Part shown: positions 28,379 through 38,449 of the stretch, one piece after another | Position numbering within the stretch: position 1 is the first letter of the stretch | Layout: each line of letters starts with the position of its first letter | From: Gammaproteobacteria bacterium | GTDB lineage: Bacteria; Pseudomonadota; Gammaproteobacteria; Steroidobacterales; Steroidobacteraceae | Assembly: GCA_027459765.1 (NCBI GenBank) | Contig: DAIDHD010000059.1 | Coordinates: 499 to 64,498, forward strand | DNA length: 64,000 nucleotides | Direction of reading: 5' to 3' | Notes under the pieces: generated by a model | What the model saw: only the letters and a program-made list of their open reading frames with translations | The model's database searches: none | What the model was told of the DNA's origin: nothing | Made by a program: the position numbers and the translations under genes

Positions 28379-30864
28379 CGGCGCTGCGCTTCGCGCTGCG
28401 TAACCTCGGTCGTGACCTCAAGTCCGGCGAGCTCGGCGTGCTGCTGCTCGCGCTGGTGATCGCGGTCGGCTCGCTCACCGCGGTGGGCTTCTTCGTCAGC
28501 CGCATCGCCGAGGCCGTGGCCGACCAGGCCCACGAGGTGCTCGCCGCGGACCTGCGGCTCGAATCGCCGGCGCCGATCGCCGAGACGCTCCTCGATTCGG
28601 CGCGCGCACGCGGTCTCGCGGTGGCGCGCCTCGACACTTTTCCCACCGCGATCTGGAACGGTGACCAGAGCCAGCTCGCGGCGCTGATCGCCGCCGGCCC
28701 CGGCTATCCGTTGCGCGGCCGGCTGCGCATCGCCGACCGGCCCTTCGGGTTGGCGCGGCCCACCGACCGACTGCCCGCCCGCGGCGAGGTGTGGCTCGAC
28801 GCGCGCATCCTCGCCACCCTCGGCGTCGCGCCGGGCGCGACGCTGCGCATCGGCGGCGCGTCGTTTCGCATCACGGCGGTGCTCGACTATCGTCCGGACC
28901 AGGGTACCGGATTCGTCAACCTCGCCCCGAGCGCCCTGATTGCGCTCGCCGACCTGCCCGCCACCGGGCTCGTGCAGCCGGGGAGCCGCGTCACCCACGT
29001 GGCCTTGTTCGCCGGAACGGCGGGCGCCATTGCCGGGTATCGTGAGTTCCTGCGCGAACACAAGGCGCCGTCGGAACGCCTGCGCGACGTCGAGGACTCG
29101 AGCCGCCAGCTCACCTCCGCCATCGAACGGGCGACGCGCTTCCTGAACCTCGCGAGCCTCGCCGCGGTGCTGATCGCCGCGGTGGCGGTCGCCATGGCGG
29201 CGCGCCGCTACGCCGCGCGCCACGTCGATGGCGTAGCGCTCATGAAGTGCATGGGCGCCTCGCAGGCGTTCGTTCTCGCGACCGCCGCCACCGAACTCCT
29301 GATCCTTGCGCTCGCGGGCCTCTTCGTGGGTGCGGCGCTCGGCTGGGCGGCGCAGAACGGGCTCGCCTGGCTGCTGCGCGGCCTGATCCACTCGGCTCTG
29401 CCACCGCCCTCGGCGACGCCGCTGCTCCTGGCCGCGGCGACCGTTGCGGTCATGCTGCTCGGCTTCGCGCTGCCGCCGCTGTTACAGTTGAGGCGTACGC
29501 CGCCGCTGCGCGTGCTGCGCAAGACGGCGGAGCCGCCGCGACTTGGCTACGGACTCGCCTACGGCGCGGCGCTCCTCGCGCTGCTGGCGATCGTCTTCGT
29601 CCTGGGGCGCGATCCGGAGTTGGTGCTCGCCGTGCTCGGCGGCGTGCTCGGCGTCGGCGTCGCGCTCGCGCTGGCCGGCGCCTTGCTGCTCGCCGCCGTT
29701 GCGCGACTGCGCGGCGGTGTCGGAGTCGCGTGGCGCTACGGGCTCGCCAACGTGGCGCGGCGCGGCGCGGCAAGCGTGGTGCAGGTGGTGGCCTTCGGGC
29801 TCGGACTGCTGATGCTGCTGCTGCTCGCCGTGGTGCGCGCCGACCTGCTCGCGGACTGGCGCCGCAGCCTGCCCGCGAACGCCCCCAACTACTTCGTGGT
29901 GAACATCCGGCCCGAGGACCGCGAGGCGCTCGCGGGCCTGCTCGCGGCGCACGGGGTGGCGCCGTCGCCGGCGTATCCGATGATCCGCGCGCGCCTGACC
30001 GCGGTGAACGGCCAGCCCGCCGAACCGCTGGCGGCGCGCAGCGACTCGGCGCGCGCCTACGTGGAGCGCGAACAGAACCTCACCTGGTCCGCGAATCTCG
30101 CCGACGACAACCGGCTGGTGGCGGGACGCTGGTGGACGCCGGCTGATGCGGGCCGGCCGCTCGTGTCGGTGTCCACCGAATACCAGCAGGCGCTCGGCCT
30201 CGCGCTCGGCGACGAATTGTCCTTCGACGTCGCCGGCGAGCCGCTCACCGCCAAGATCGCGAGCTTCCGCAAGATCCGCTGGGACAGCTTCCGCCCGAAC
30301 TTCTTCCTGGTGTTTCCGCCGCGGCTGCTCGACGGCGCCGCCGGCACGTACCTGACCAGCCTGTATCTGCCGCAGGACCAGCGCCCCGTGCTGGCGGAAC
30401 TCGTGCACCGCTTCCCGTCCGTCACGGTGATCGACGTCGACGCCATCCTTGCGCAGATCCGCGAGATCGTCGACCGCGCCTCGCTCGCCGTGCAGTACGT
30501 GTTCCTGTTCACGCTCGCGGCCGGTGTCGTGGTTCTGCTCGCCGCGGTCCAGGCGACGCGCGACGAGCGGCGCTACGAAAGCGCGATGTTGCGCACTCTG
30601 GGCGCGAGCCGGCGCACGGTGCTGCTCGGCGTGGCGGCGGAGTTCGTCACCCTCGGCGGTCTTGCGGGTGCGCTCGCGGCGGTGGGCGCGACCGCCATCG
30701 GCTGGGCGCTGGCGCGCCGATTGTTCGCCGTGCCCTACGACCTCGATCCCTGGGTGTGGGTGTGGGGTATCGCCGCCGGTACGCTGCTGGTGGGTGCGGC
30801 GGGAACGCTCGCGACACGCCGCGTCGTCGAAGCGCCGCCGCTGGTCAGCCTGCGCGACGACTGA
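28375..30864 (+). CDS. ybbP: FtsX-like ABC transporter permease (YbbP-like, two FtsX domains)
   Basis: The 829-aa polytopic membrane protein has a duplicated FtsX-type architecture. The start overlaps the ybbA stop. Confidence 0.88.
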   Translation: MTALRFALRNLGRDLKSGELGVLLLALVIAVGSLTAVGFFVSRIAEAVADQAHEVLAADLRLESPAPIAETLLDSARARGLAVARLDTFPTAIWNGDQSQLAALIAAGPGYPLRGRLRIADRPFGLARPTDRLPARGEVWLDARILATLGVAPGATLRIGGASFRITAVLDYRPDQGTGFVNLAPSALIALADLPATGLVQPGSRVTHVALFAGTAGAIAGYREFLREHKAPSERLRDVEDSSRQLTSAIERATRFLNLASLAAVLIAAVAVAMAARRYAARHVDGVALMKCMGASQAFVLATAATELLILALAGLFVGAALGWAAQNGLAWLLRGLIHSALPPPSATPLLLAAATVAVMLLGFALPPLLQLRRTPPLRVLRKTAEPPRLGYGLAYGAALLALLAIVFVLGRDPELVLAVLGGVLGVGVALALAGALLLAAVARLRGGVGVAWRYGLANVARRGAASVVQVVAFGLGLLMLLLLAVVRADLLADWRRSLPANAPNYFVVNIRPEDREALAGLLAAHGVAPSPAYPMIRARLTAVNGQPAEPLAARSDSARAYVEREQNLTWSANLADDNRLVAGRWWTPADAGRPLVSVSTEYQQALGLALGDELSFDVAGEPLTAKIASFRKIRWDSFRPNFFLVFPPRLLDGAAGTYLTSLYLPQDQRPVLAELVHRFPSVTVIDVDAILAQIREIVDRASLAVQYVFLFTLAAGVVVLLAAVQATRDERRYESAMLRTLGASRRTVLLGVAAEFVTLGGLAGALAAVGATAIGWALARRLFAVPYDLDPWVWVWGIAAGTLLVGAAGTLATRRVVEAPPLVSLRDD

Positions 30865-30899
30865 GCGCCGCACTGCGGTGCGACGCAGGCGGCGCCTCG

Positions 30900-31730
30900 C
30901 TAGCGCGCCTCGATGACCACCCAGCCGACCGGCAGCGGCGAGCCCTGGAAGGGCAGCGCCTCGATGCGCAGCACATATGACCCCGCGCTGAGGGCGGAGG
31001 TGTTGAAGGTGGCGCGCAACTCGCCGTTGGAGTCCTTCTCGACGTCGTTGAGGATCAGCACCCGGCCCTGATCGCGCTTGTCGACCACCAGGCGATAGCG
31101 CGGATACTTCGAGTGATCGAGGTCGAGGTGCAACTCGACGAGTTGCGGACTCGCGTGATCGACCCGGACCACCGCCTGCCCGGCGCGCTCGTCGGCGTCC
31201 GGCACCACCGACACCTGCGTCTCCGCCGAGGGCTGCACCAGCGCTCCCTGTTGGGCCCGCAGCCGCGCATCGGCGAGCTCGCTGCGCAGAAGCTGGTACT
31301 TCGCGAACAGCACCCAGAAGGCGAACAGGCTGAGTACGGCGATCACCGCCAGCGCGACCAGCGCCTGCGGTCGCCGCCACCACGGCGGCGGCTTGTCGCT
31401 GAGATCCTGCGGTTGGCCGCAGGCCTCCAAGAGCCTGAGGCTGGCCTGGGTGCGCTCGGCGAGCTGCAACTCCGCGAGGTACTCCGGGTTGACGCGGCAC
31501 CAGGCCTCGAGGTCGCGCGCACCCTTGTAGGGCAGCTTGCCCTCGAAGTAGCGCTCGAGCAGCCGGTGCTCCTCGATGAACTTGCGGTCGAAGCGGGGAC
31601 GCTGCGGCGCAGCGGCGCTCGTCGCGGCGGCGCCCGCGCCCGCACCCGCCGCGGACTGCGACGCGCTTGGGGGCGCCGGCGGGTGGATGTCGGCGGACGG
31701 ATCGGCTTCGATGGGCGGTGGCGTGCTCAT
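30900..31730 (-). CDS. Hypothetical single-pass membrane protein
   Basis: In-frame ATG at 31730 in ORF 30900..32378. It has an Ala/Pro-rich N-terminus, a conserved-looking cytoplasmic segment (FDRKFIEEHRLLERYFEGKLPY), one TM helix (ALVALAVIAVLSLFAFWVLF) and a beta-rich C-terminal domain. Confidence 0.55.
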   Translation of the reverse strand: MSTPPPIEADPSADIHPPAPPSASQSAAGAGAGAAATSAAAPQRPRFDRKFIEEHRLLERYFEGKLPYKGARDLEAWCRVNPEYLAELQLAERTQASLRLLEACGQPQDLSDKPPPWWRRPQALVALAVIAVLSLFAFWVLFAKYQLLRSELADARLRAQQGALVQPSAETQVSVVPDADERAGQAVVRVDHASPQLVELHLDLDHSKYPRYRLVVDKRDQGRVLILNDVEKDSNGELRATFNTSALSAGSYVLRIEALPFQGSPLPVGWVVIEAR

Positions 31731-31799
31731 GCGGCGTGCAACTCTCCTATTAGGAATGATGCCGCCTTCCGCGGCCTGCTTATGTGAAATAATCGGCAA

Positions 31800-33389
31800 A
31801 TGCGCGACGGGCTCCCTCGCACGGTGATGGTGGTCGCACTCGGTGCGGCCGGGGCCTGCGCGGCCGCTGTGGCCGGCAGCACGGCCGGTGCCGCCGGCGC
31901 GGGCGGCGCCAGCGCCGGCGTCCTCCAGGGCCGGGCGGCCTTGCCCGGCGCCACCACACTGACGATCTACAGCTCGGCGCAGCCCGGAGCGATTCCGGTC
32001 GCACTCTATCGGCCCACCCTGGATGCACCGGCGCCGGCCGCCGAATCGGTGCCGGGCTACGCGCTGGTCAGTCAGCAGCGGCGCGTCGAGCTGCCCGCCG
32101 GCGTGAGCGAGCTCGCCATCAGCGACGTCGCCGCGTTGATCGAGCCGACCACGGTGCGTTTCTCCGCCGGCGAGGACGGCGACGCCCGGGTGCTCGAGCA
32201 GAACTTCCAGTTCGACCTGGTGAACATACCGAAGCTGTTGTCGCGCTACATCGACAAGCCGGTCAGTGTCGACGTGCCTGGCGCTTCGGGCACCACCACG
32301 CTCGCCGGCACGCTCCTCGCCGCCGGCGACGGCTTGGTGATTCGCGGCGAGGACGGCAGCGTGCACGCCCTGCGCCAATACTCCAATCTGCGCGTCGCCG
32401 ACGTGCCCGGCGGGCTGATCACGCGGCCGACGCTGCTGTGGCGGGTGTCCGCCCGCCGTGCCGGCGTTCGCCAGGCGCAGGTGAGCTACGAGACCCGCGG
32501 CATCACCTGGTGGGCCGATTACAACCTCACCTTCGCGCCGGGGAGCGATGCCAACAGCGGACTACTCGACGTGGCCGCCTGGGTGAGCATTCTCAACCAG
32601 TCGGGTGCGAGCTACGACGAGGCCAGGCTCAAGCTGGTGGCCGGCGATCTGCACCGCGCGCAGCCCCCCGGCATCCCCATGCCGATGCACGCGGCGCGGC
32701 TCGCCACTGCGGCGGCGCCCGAAGGGTTCAGCGAGCAGCCGCTGTTCGAGTACCACCTCTACACCCTCGGACGGCCGACGACGCTCCCCGACCGCTCGAC
32801 CAAGCAGCTCGAGCTCATCGAGCCCGCGCGCCGCGTGCCGGCCCGCAAGTTGCTCGTGTACGCGGGGCAGGGCGACCTGCGCTACGCCGGCGGCGTGTTC
32901 CTCGACCGCGCGCTCGCCGGGGACGCCGGCCAGAAGGTGAACGTCTACCTCGAGTTTCGCAACGACGCCCGGTCGGGGCTCGGCGTGCCGCTGCCGAAGG
33001 GCCGCGTGCGGGTCTCGCAGGCCGACCCCGCGGACGGGAGCCTGCAACTCGTCGGCGAGGACGTCATCGACCACACGCCCGTCAACGAGCGTGTGACGCT
33101 GCGCCTGGGCGCGGCATTCGACGTGATCGGCGAGCGCCGGCAGGTGGATTTCGCGCTCGATACCAAGGCGCGGCGCATGGAGGAGGAAATCGAGGTGCGC
33201 CTGCGCAATCACAAGCGCGAGACCGTGGCCGTGCGCGTGCGCGAATCGCTGTACCGCGCCGGAACCTGGACGATGTTGTCGAATTCCTCCGACTACGAGC
33301 GCCTCGACGCGCACACCGTGGAGTTCCCGGTCGACGTGCCGGCCGACGGCGAGCGCGTGCTGCGCTACCGGGTGCGCTACACCTGGTGA
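31800..33389 (+). CDS. DUF4139 domain protein (MuiA-like family)
   Basis: The 529-aa product has a signal-like N-terminus. Blocks such as LFEYHLYTLGRPTTLPDRSTKQLELI and the C-terminal VRVRESL...W.....S..YE..DA.T.EF.V.VPA.GE..L.Y.VRY are typical of DUF4139 as I recall it. Confidence 0.65.
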   Translation: MRDGLPRTVMVVALGAAGACAAAVAGSTAGAAGAGGASAGVLQGRAALPGATTLTIYSSAQPGAIPVALYRPTLDAPAPAAESVPGYALVSQQRRVELPAGVSELAISDVAALIEPTTVRFSAGEDGDARVLEQNFQFDLVNIPKLLSRYIDKPVSVDVPGASGTTTLAGTLLAAGDGLVIRGEDGSVHALRQYSNLRVADVPGGLITRPTLLWRVSARRAGVRQAQVSYETRGITWWADYNLTFAPGSDANSGLLDVAAWVSILNQSGASYDEARLKLVAGDLHRAQPPGIPMPMHAARLATAAAPEGFSEQPLFEYHLYTLGRPTTLPDRSTKQLELIEPARRVPARKLLVYAGQGDLRYAGGVFLDRALAGDAGQKVNVYLEFRNDARSGLGVPLPKGRVRVSQADPADGSLQLVGEDVIDHTPVNERVTLRLGAAFDVIGERRQVDFALDTKARRMEEEIEVRLRNHKRETVAVRVRESLYRAGTWTMLSNSSDYERLDAHTVEFPVDVPADGERVLRYRVRYTW

Positions 33390-34282
33390 GCGGGGCGCGG
33401 CGCGCCCTTGGCGAGCGCCTCGCAGAGCGCTTCCACCACCGGACCGCGCGTGCTCGACTTGCGCCACACCGCCCCCACTTCGCGCATCGGCGGCGGCGCG
33501 GCGAAGCGCCGCACGGTCATGCCGCGTTGGGTACCGAAGGGTGCATCGACGGCAAGTTCCGGCAGGAGGGTGACCCCGAGCCCCGCGACCACCATCTGCC
33601 GCAGGGTCTCGAGGCTGGTGGCCCGAAAGTCGTCGGATTCGCGCACGTCGATGCGGCTGCAGACCTCCAGAGCCTGGTCCCGCAGGCAGTGGCCGTCCTC
33701 GAGGAGCAGCAGGGTCTGGCCCGTCAGGTCGGCGAGGCGCACCTGCGGTTTGCCGGCGAGCGGGTGCCCGTTCGGCACGGCGAGCGTGAACGACTCCTGG
33801 TAGAGCGGCTGCGTCTCCAGGCCGTCCGTGTCCACCGGCAGGGCGACGATGCCGACGTCGATCTCGCCCTCCTTCAGGCGCTTCAGCAACGGTTCGGTCT
33901 GATACTCGTACAGCATCAGTCCGAGTCGCGGCAGCGCCTTGCGGATCTTCTGCATCACCCTGGGCAGCAGGTACGGCCCGATGGTCGGGATCAGCGCCAC
34001 GCGCAGCTTGCCGGCGAACGGGTCGGCATTGCTGCGCGCGAGCGCCACGATCTGCTCGCCGTCGTCGATCATGCGGCGTGCCACGGCCACGATCTGGCGG
34101 CCCACCTCGGTGAGCTGCACCTGCTTCGGGCGGCGCTCCACCAGCGTCACGCCGAGGTATTCCTCGAGCTTCTTGAGTTGCGCCGAGAGGGTCGGCTGGC
34201 TCACGAAGCTGCGCTCGGCCGCCTTGCCGAAGTGGCCGGTATCGGCGATGGCGACGAGATATTTCAGATCCTTCAGGTTCAC
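33377..34282 (-). CDS. oxyR: Hydrogen peroxide-inducible LysR-type regulator OxyR
   Basis: It has MNLKDLKYLVAIADTGHFGKAAERSFVSQPTLS (the helix-turn-helix) and LLLEDGHCLRDQALEVC (the redox Cys pair context of OxyR). It is divergent from ahpCF. Confidence 0.93.
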   Translation of the reverse strand: MNLKDLKYLVAIADTGHFGKAAERSFVSQPTLSAQLKKLEEYLGVTLVERRPKQVQLTEVGRQIVAVARRMIDDGEQIVALARSNADPFAGKLRVALIPTIGPYLLPRVMQKIRKALPRLGLMLYEYQTEPLLKRLKEGEIDVGIVALPVDTDGLETQPLYQESFTLAVPNGHPLAGKPQVRLADLTGQTLLLLEDGHCLRDQALEVCSRIDVRESDDFRATSLETLRQMVVAGLGVTLLPELAVDAPFGTQRGMTVRRFAAPPPMREVGAVWRKSSTRGPVVEALCEALAKGAPRPAHQV

Positions 34283-34335
34283 GCGCGGACTCCGGGGGTG
34301 CCGTCGGCGACGGGTGCGTCATGCCTTCGAATGCG

Positions 34336-34372
34336 ATAGATGCAGTCTATCAAGATAATTAAATTAATCAAT
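34336..34372. promoter_or_regulatory. Candidate OxyR operator in the oxyR-ahpC intergenic region
   Basis: ATAG-N7-CTAT at 34336..34350, then N7, then a degenerate ATTA-N7-CAAT at 34358..34372. This matches the ATAG-N7-CTAT-N7-ATAG-N7-CTAT OxyR motif architecture. Confidence 0.5.
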
Positions 34373-34441
34373 TTGATGAATTTGCGATGCGGTGGCATCC
34401 TGCACGCCTCGTTTCCAATCACTTCCGCCAAGGAGTCCTCG

Positions 34442-35005
34442 ATGTCCCTGATCAATACCGAAATCAAGCCCTTCAAGGCGACCGCCTACCACAACGGCAA
34501 GTTCGTGCCGGTCACCGAGCAGGACTTCAAGGGCAAGTGGTCGGTGCTGGTGTTCTACCCCGCGGACTTCACGTTCGTCTGCCCGACCGAGCTCGGTGAT
34601 CTCGCCGACAACTACGCCGCCTTCAAGAAGCTCGGCGTGGAGATCTACGGCGTGTCGACCGACACCCACTTCACCCACAAGGCGTGGCACGACACCTCCG
34701 ACACGATCAAGAAGGTGGAGTACCCGCTGATCGGCGACCCGACCCTGACGCTCGCCCGCAACTTCCAGGTGCTGATCGAGGAAGAGGGTCTCGCGCTGCG
34801 TGGCACGTTCGTGATCGATCCGGCCGGCAAGATCAAGATCATCGAGATCCACGACAACGGCATCGGCCGCGACGCCAAGGAGCTGCTGCGCAAGGTGCAG
34901 GCCGCCCAGTACGTCGCCTCGCACCCGGGCGAGGTCTGCCCGGCCAAGTGGACCCCCGGCGAGGAGACGCTGAAGCCCTCCCTGTCGCTGGTCGGCAAGA
35001 TCTGA
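34442..35005 (+). CDS. ahpC: Alkyl hydroperoxide reductase subunit C (2-Cys peroxiredoxin)
   Basis: In-frame ATG at 34442. [16 protein letters not shown]...[14 protein letters not shown] and the C-terminal EVCPAKW are present. Confidence 0.97.
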   Translation: MSLINTEIKPFKATAYHNGKFVPVTEQDFKGKWSVLVFYPADFTFVCPTELGDLADNYAAFKKLGVEIYGVSTDTHFTHKAWHDTSDTIKKVEYPLIGDPTLTLARNFQVLIEEEGLALRGTFVIDPAGKIKIIEIHDNGIGRDAKELLRKVQAAQYVASHPGEVCPAKWTPGEETLKPSLSLVGKI

Positions 35006-35090
35006 CCGCAATCCGGCCACTCCGGCGCATCGCCGGAGTGGCCGCGGCTGCCGGCAACCCGCCGCAGCCTTCGTTCATCGAGGTGACACC

Positions 35091-36653
35091 ATGCTCGACA
35101 CCGATTTGAAGACTCAGCTGAAGGGCTACCTGGAGCGCATCGCGCAGCCGATCGAGATCGTCGCAGCCGCGGACGGCTCGGCGAAATCGCGGGAGATGCT
35201 CGAGCTGATCGGCGACGTCGTCGAGCTGTCACCGCTGGTCAAGCTCGCCGGCGTGGAGGATTCCTCCGCCTTCGTGCCTTCCTTCGCGCTGCGTCGGCCC
35301 GGTGAGGAGGCGCGGATCCGCTTCGCCGGCCTGCCCATGGGGCACGAATTCACGTCGCTGGTGCTCGCGCTGCTGCAGACCGGCGGCTATCCGCCCAAGG
35401 TCGATGCCGCGGTGGTCGAGCAGATCCGCGCCCTGGATCGCGAGCTCAACTTCGAGACCGTGGTGTCCTTGAGCTGCCACAGCTGCCCGGACGTGGTCCA
35501 GGCGCTCAACCTGATGGCGGTACTCAATCCGAAAATCCGTCACACCATGATCGACGGCGCCGTCTTCCCGCAGGAAGTGGAGCGCCGCCAGGTGATGGGC
35601 GTGCCGGCCGTCTATCTGAACGGCGAGCACTTCAGCCAGGGCCGCCTCGAGCTGCCCGAACTGCTCGCCAAGCTCGACGCGGCGGGCGCCGCGCGCGAGG
35701 CCGAGCGGCTCTCGGCCAAGGCCCCCTACGACGTGCTGGTCATCGGCGGCGGCCCCGCCGGCGCGGCCGCGGCCGTCTACGCCGCGCGCAAGGGCATTCG
35801 CACCGGACTCGCCGCCGAACGCTTCGGCGGCCAGCTCCTCGACACCGTCGGGGTGGAGAACTTCATCTCCGTGAAGGAGACCACCGGCCACGCGCTCGCC
35901 GCCGGTCTCACCGAGCACGTGTCGACCTACGACGTCGACGTGATGAACTCGCAGCGTGCCGCGGCGCTCGTGCCCGGCGATCTCATCGAGGTGCGATTCG
36001 AGAGCGGTGCCGCTCTCAAGGCGCGCTCGGTGGTGCTCGCGACCGGCGCGCGCTGGCGCGAGATCAACGTCCCCGGCGAGCGCGAATACCGCAACAAGGG
36101 CGTTGCCTACTGCCCGCACTGCGATGGCCCGCTCTACAAGGGCAAGCGCGTCGCGGTGATCGGCGGCGGAAATTCGGGCGTCGAGGCCGCGATCGACCTC
36201 GCCGGCATCGTCAGCCACGTGACGCTGATCGAGTACGACACGCAGCTGCGCGCCGACGCGGTGCTGCAGACGAAGCTTCGCAGCCTGCCGAACGTCGCCG
36301 TGATCACCGGCGCGCAGACCACCGAGATCCAGGGCGACGGCCAGCGCGTCACCAGCCTCCACTACAAGGACCGCCAGAGCGGACAGGCGCACGCACTCGA
36401 GTTGGCCGGCGTATTCGTGCAGATCGGGCTCGTGCCCAACACCGATTGGCTGAAGGGATCCGTCAAGTTGAGCCCGCGTGGCGAGATCGAGATCGACGCG
36501 CACGGACGCACCTCGGTGCCGGGCGTGTTCGCCGCCGGCGACTGCACCACCGTGCCCTACAAGCAGATCGTGATCGCGATGGGCGAGGGCGCGAAGGCGT
36601 CGCTGTCCGCGTTCGACCACCTCATCCGCTCGCCGCTGTCGGCCGCCGCCTGA
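35091..36653 (+). CDS. ahpF: Alkyl hydroperoxide reductase subunit F
   Basis: The 520-aa product shows the N-terminal CHSCPD redox motif, FAD and NAD GxGxxG motifs, and CPHCDG. Confidence 0.95.
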   Translation: MLDTDLKTQLKGYLERIAQPIEIVAAADGSAKSREMLELIGDVVELSPLVKLAGVEDSSAFVPSFALRRPGEEARIRFAGLPMGHEFTSLVLALLQTGGYPPKVDAAVVEQIRALDRELNFETVVSLSCHSCPDVVQALNLMAVLNPKIRHTMIDGAVFPQEVERRQVMGVPAVYLNGEHFSQGRLELPELLAKLDAAGAAREAERLSAKAPYDVLVIGGGPAGAAAAVYAARKGIRTGLAAERFGGQLLDTVGVENFISVKETTGHALAAGLTEHVSTYDVDVMNSQRAAALVPGDLIEVRFESGAALKARSVVLATGARWREINVPGEREYRNKGVAYCPHCDGPLYKGKRVAVIGGGNSGVEAAIDLAGIVSHVTLIEYDTQLRADAVLQTKLRSLPNVAVITGAQTTEIQGDGQRVTSLHYKDRQSGQAHALELAGVFVQIGLVPNTDWLKGSVKLSPRGEIEIDAHGRTSVPGVFAAGDCTTVPYKQIVIAMGEGAKASLSAFDHLIRSPLSAAA

Positions 36654-36741
36654 TTCGCCCCGGCGCGGCGGCCCGCACGGCCGCCGGCGCAGCGGCCCGC
36701 GCGGTGCTGGTCGCGCGTGGCGTTACAATGGCGGGCGTGTC

Positions 36742-37203
36742 GTGCGCGAGACTTCCATGACCCCGGTTCCGCCGACCCCGCGGGTCTCCGCGGGAGTCGC
36801 GGTCGTGAACGTGCGTGATCGCAAGCTCAAGTTCCTGCTGCTGCGCGCCTACCGGAACTGGGACTTCCCCAAGGGCATGGTCGAGCCGGGCGAGACCCCG
36901 ATCGACGCCGCCCTGCGCGAAGTGCGTGAAGAGACCGGCCTCGACGACGTCTCCTTCGACTGGGGCCTCGGCTTCTTCGAGACCGGACCCTACGCCAAGG
37001 GCAAGATCGCCCGCTACTACATCGCCCGCAGCAAGGAAGTCCACGTGGTGTTGCCGGTGAACCCGGAACTCGGCCGGCCGGAGCACCACGAGGCGCGCTG
37101 GGTCGACTACGCCGAGGCGCTGAAGCTGGTCACGCCGCGGCTCGTACCCGTGCTCGAGTGGGCGTACGGGACCGTCATGCACTTGGCCCGCGCCGGCCGC
37201 TGA
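36742..37203 (+). CDS. NUDIX hydrolase
   Basis: Nudix box GMVEPGETPIDAALREVREETGL. The start is uncertain, either GTG at 36742 or ATG at 36757. Confidence 0.85.
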   Translation: MRETSMTPVPPTPRVSAGVAVVNVRDRKLKFLLLRAYRNWDFPKGMVEPGETPIDAALREVREETGLDDVSFDWGLGFFETGPYAKGKIARYYIARSKEVHVVLPVNPELGRPEHHEARWVDYAEALKLVTPRLVPVLEWAYGTVMHLARAGR

Positions 37204-37237
37204 CGTAGAGGGCCCGCGCGACCCGCGCAGGCCTGCC

Positions 37238-38083
37238 CTAGAGCGTGAACACGCCGCGCGCGATCTCGCACACCGCGCCGCCGACGTGGATTCGTCCCGC
37301 TGAATCCACGCCTAAGTCGAGGGTGGAGGGCCGGCCGACCTGCTCGCCCTGGAGGATGGTCAGCTGCGCCGGCAGGCGCTCGCCCATCGCCAGCAGCCAG
37401 CCGCCGAAGTTGGCGGTGGCCGACCCGGTGGCGGGATCTTCGAGCATCGCCGGGCCCTGCGAGAAGAAGAATCGCGCCACCGCGCGTCCGGGCGCCGTGC
37501 GTGCGAACACGTACGCCATGGCGTTGCCGTCGGCGGCACGCAGGTGCGGGACCGCCTCTGGACGCGGCTGCGCCCGGCGCACCGCGTCCGCCGACTCGAG
37601 CGGTACGATCAACTGTTCCTTGCCGGCGGTCACCCACAGAGGGCGTTCGCCCAGATCCGAGACCTCGAGTCCGAGCGCGGCGGCGAGTTCGGCGCGCGTG
37701 CTCGACACCTCGCGGTGGCTCGATGCCGGCGCGGTCAAGGTCCAGCGGTCCTCCCGCGCCGATACCTCAATGAGTCCGGCGGACATGTCGAGCAGCAGCG
37801 TGTCTGCGCCGCGGCCGAGCGCGCGCACGACGTGCGCCGTGCCGAGCGTCGGGTGTCCGGCGAAGGGCATCTCGTAGTTCGGCGTGAAGATGCGCACCGC
37901 GGCGTTGGCTCGGTCCGAGGGCAGGATGAACGTGGTCTCGGACAGATTCAGCTGCCGGGCCAGTGCCTGCATGGTTGCAGTGTCGAACGGCGTGCCGTCC
38001 TCGAACACGCACAGCGGATTGCCGCTGAGCGCCGCGCCCTCGTGGGTGAAGACGTTGACGATGCGATACGGGTGGGTCGGCAT
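37238..38083 (-). CDS. PhzF-family isomerase-like protein
   Basis: The N-terminal block VNVFTHEGAALSGNPLCVF...LNLSETTFILPS is typical of the PhzF family. Confidence 0.88.
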   Translation of the reverse strand: MPTHPYRIVNVFTHEGAALSGNPLCVFEDGTPFDTATMQALARQLNLSETTFILPSDRANAAVRIFTPNYEMPFAGHPTLGTAHVVRALGRGADTLLLDMSAGLIEVSAREDRWTLTAPASSHREVSSTRAELAAALGLEVSDLGERPLWVTAGKEQLIVPLESADAVRRAQPRPEAVPHLRAADGNAMAYVFARTAPGRAVARFFFSQGPAMLEDPATGSATANFGGWLLAMGERLPAQLTILQGEQVGRPSTLDLGVDSAGRIHVGGAVCEIARGVFTL

Positions 38084-38132
38084 GACCCGCGCGAGTATAC
38101 GCGAGCCTCAGGCGGTCGCCCGCGGATGCGGA

Positions 38133-38158
38133 CGGCTGCCCGCGTGTACGGGCAGCCG
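38133..38158 (-). terminator. GC hairpin between the small lipoprotein ORF and the phzF-like gene
   Basis: Arms CGGCTGCCCG (38133..38142) and CGGGCAGCCG (38149..38158) with a 6-nt loop. No clear U-tract. Confidence 0.35.
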
Positions 38159-38166
38159 CGCGCGGC

Positions 38167-38319
38167 TTACGGGCGCACCACCACCACCGGTGCCGGAGCG
38201 ACCACCGCCACCCGCGGCCCGTAGTAATAGGGCCGGTGATACGGATAGGGAGCGACCACGCAGCCACCCAACGCCAGAAGCCCCAGCGGTATCAGCCATT
38301 TGACAACCGTGCGTGCCAT
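38167..38319 (-). CDS. Small (50 aa) putative lipoprotein, absent from the ORF track
   Basis: My own translation is MARTVVKWLIPLGLLALGGCVVAPYPYHRPYYYGPRVAVVAPAPVVVVRP. GGAGG lies 7 nt upstream of the ATG. Lipobox LALGGC. GC3 is close to that of neighbouring genes. Confidence 0.5.
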   Translation of the reverse strand: MARTVVKWLIPLGLLALGGCVVAPYPYHRPYYYGPRVAVVAPAPVVVVRP

Positions 38320-38449
38320 GAAAACCTCCCGTTCTCGCCGGTGCCGCGGGAAATCGCGGCATCCTTACGGGGAGATCAACGGCGCCACCGGGGCGGCGAT
38401 GACCGGATGACTCGAGCTTAATGTGCCGCGCCGCGGCGGTCCGATGCGC

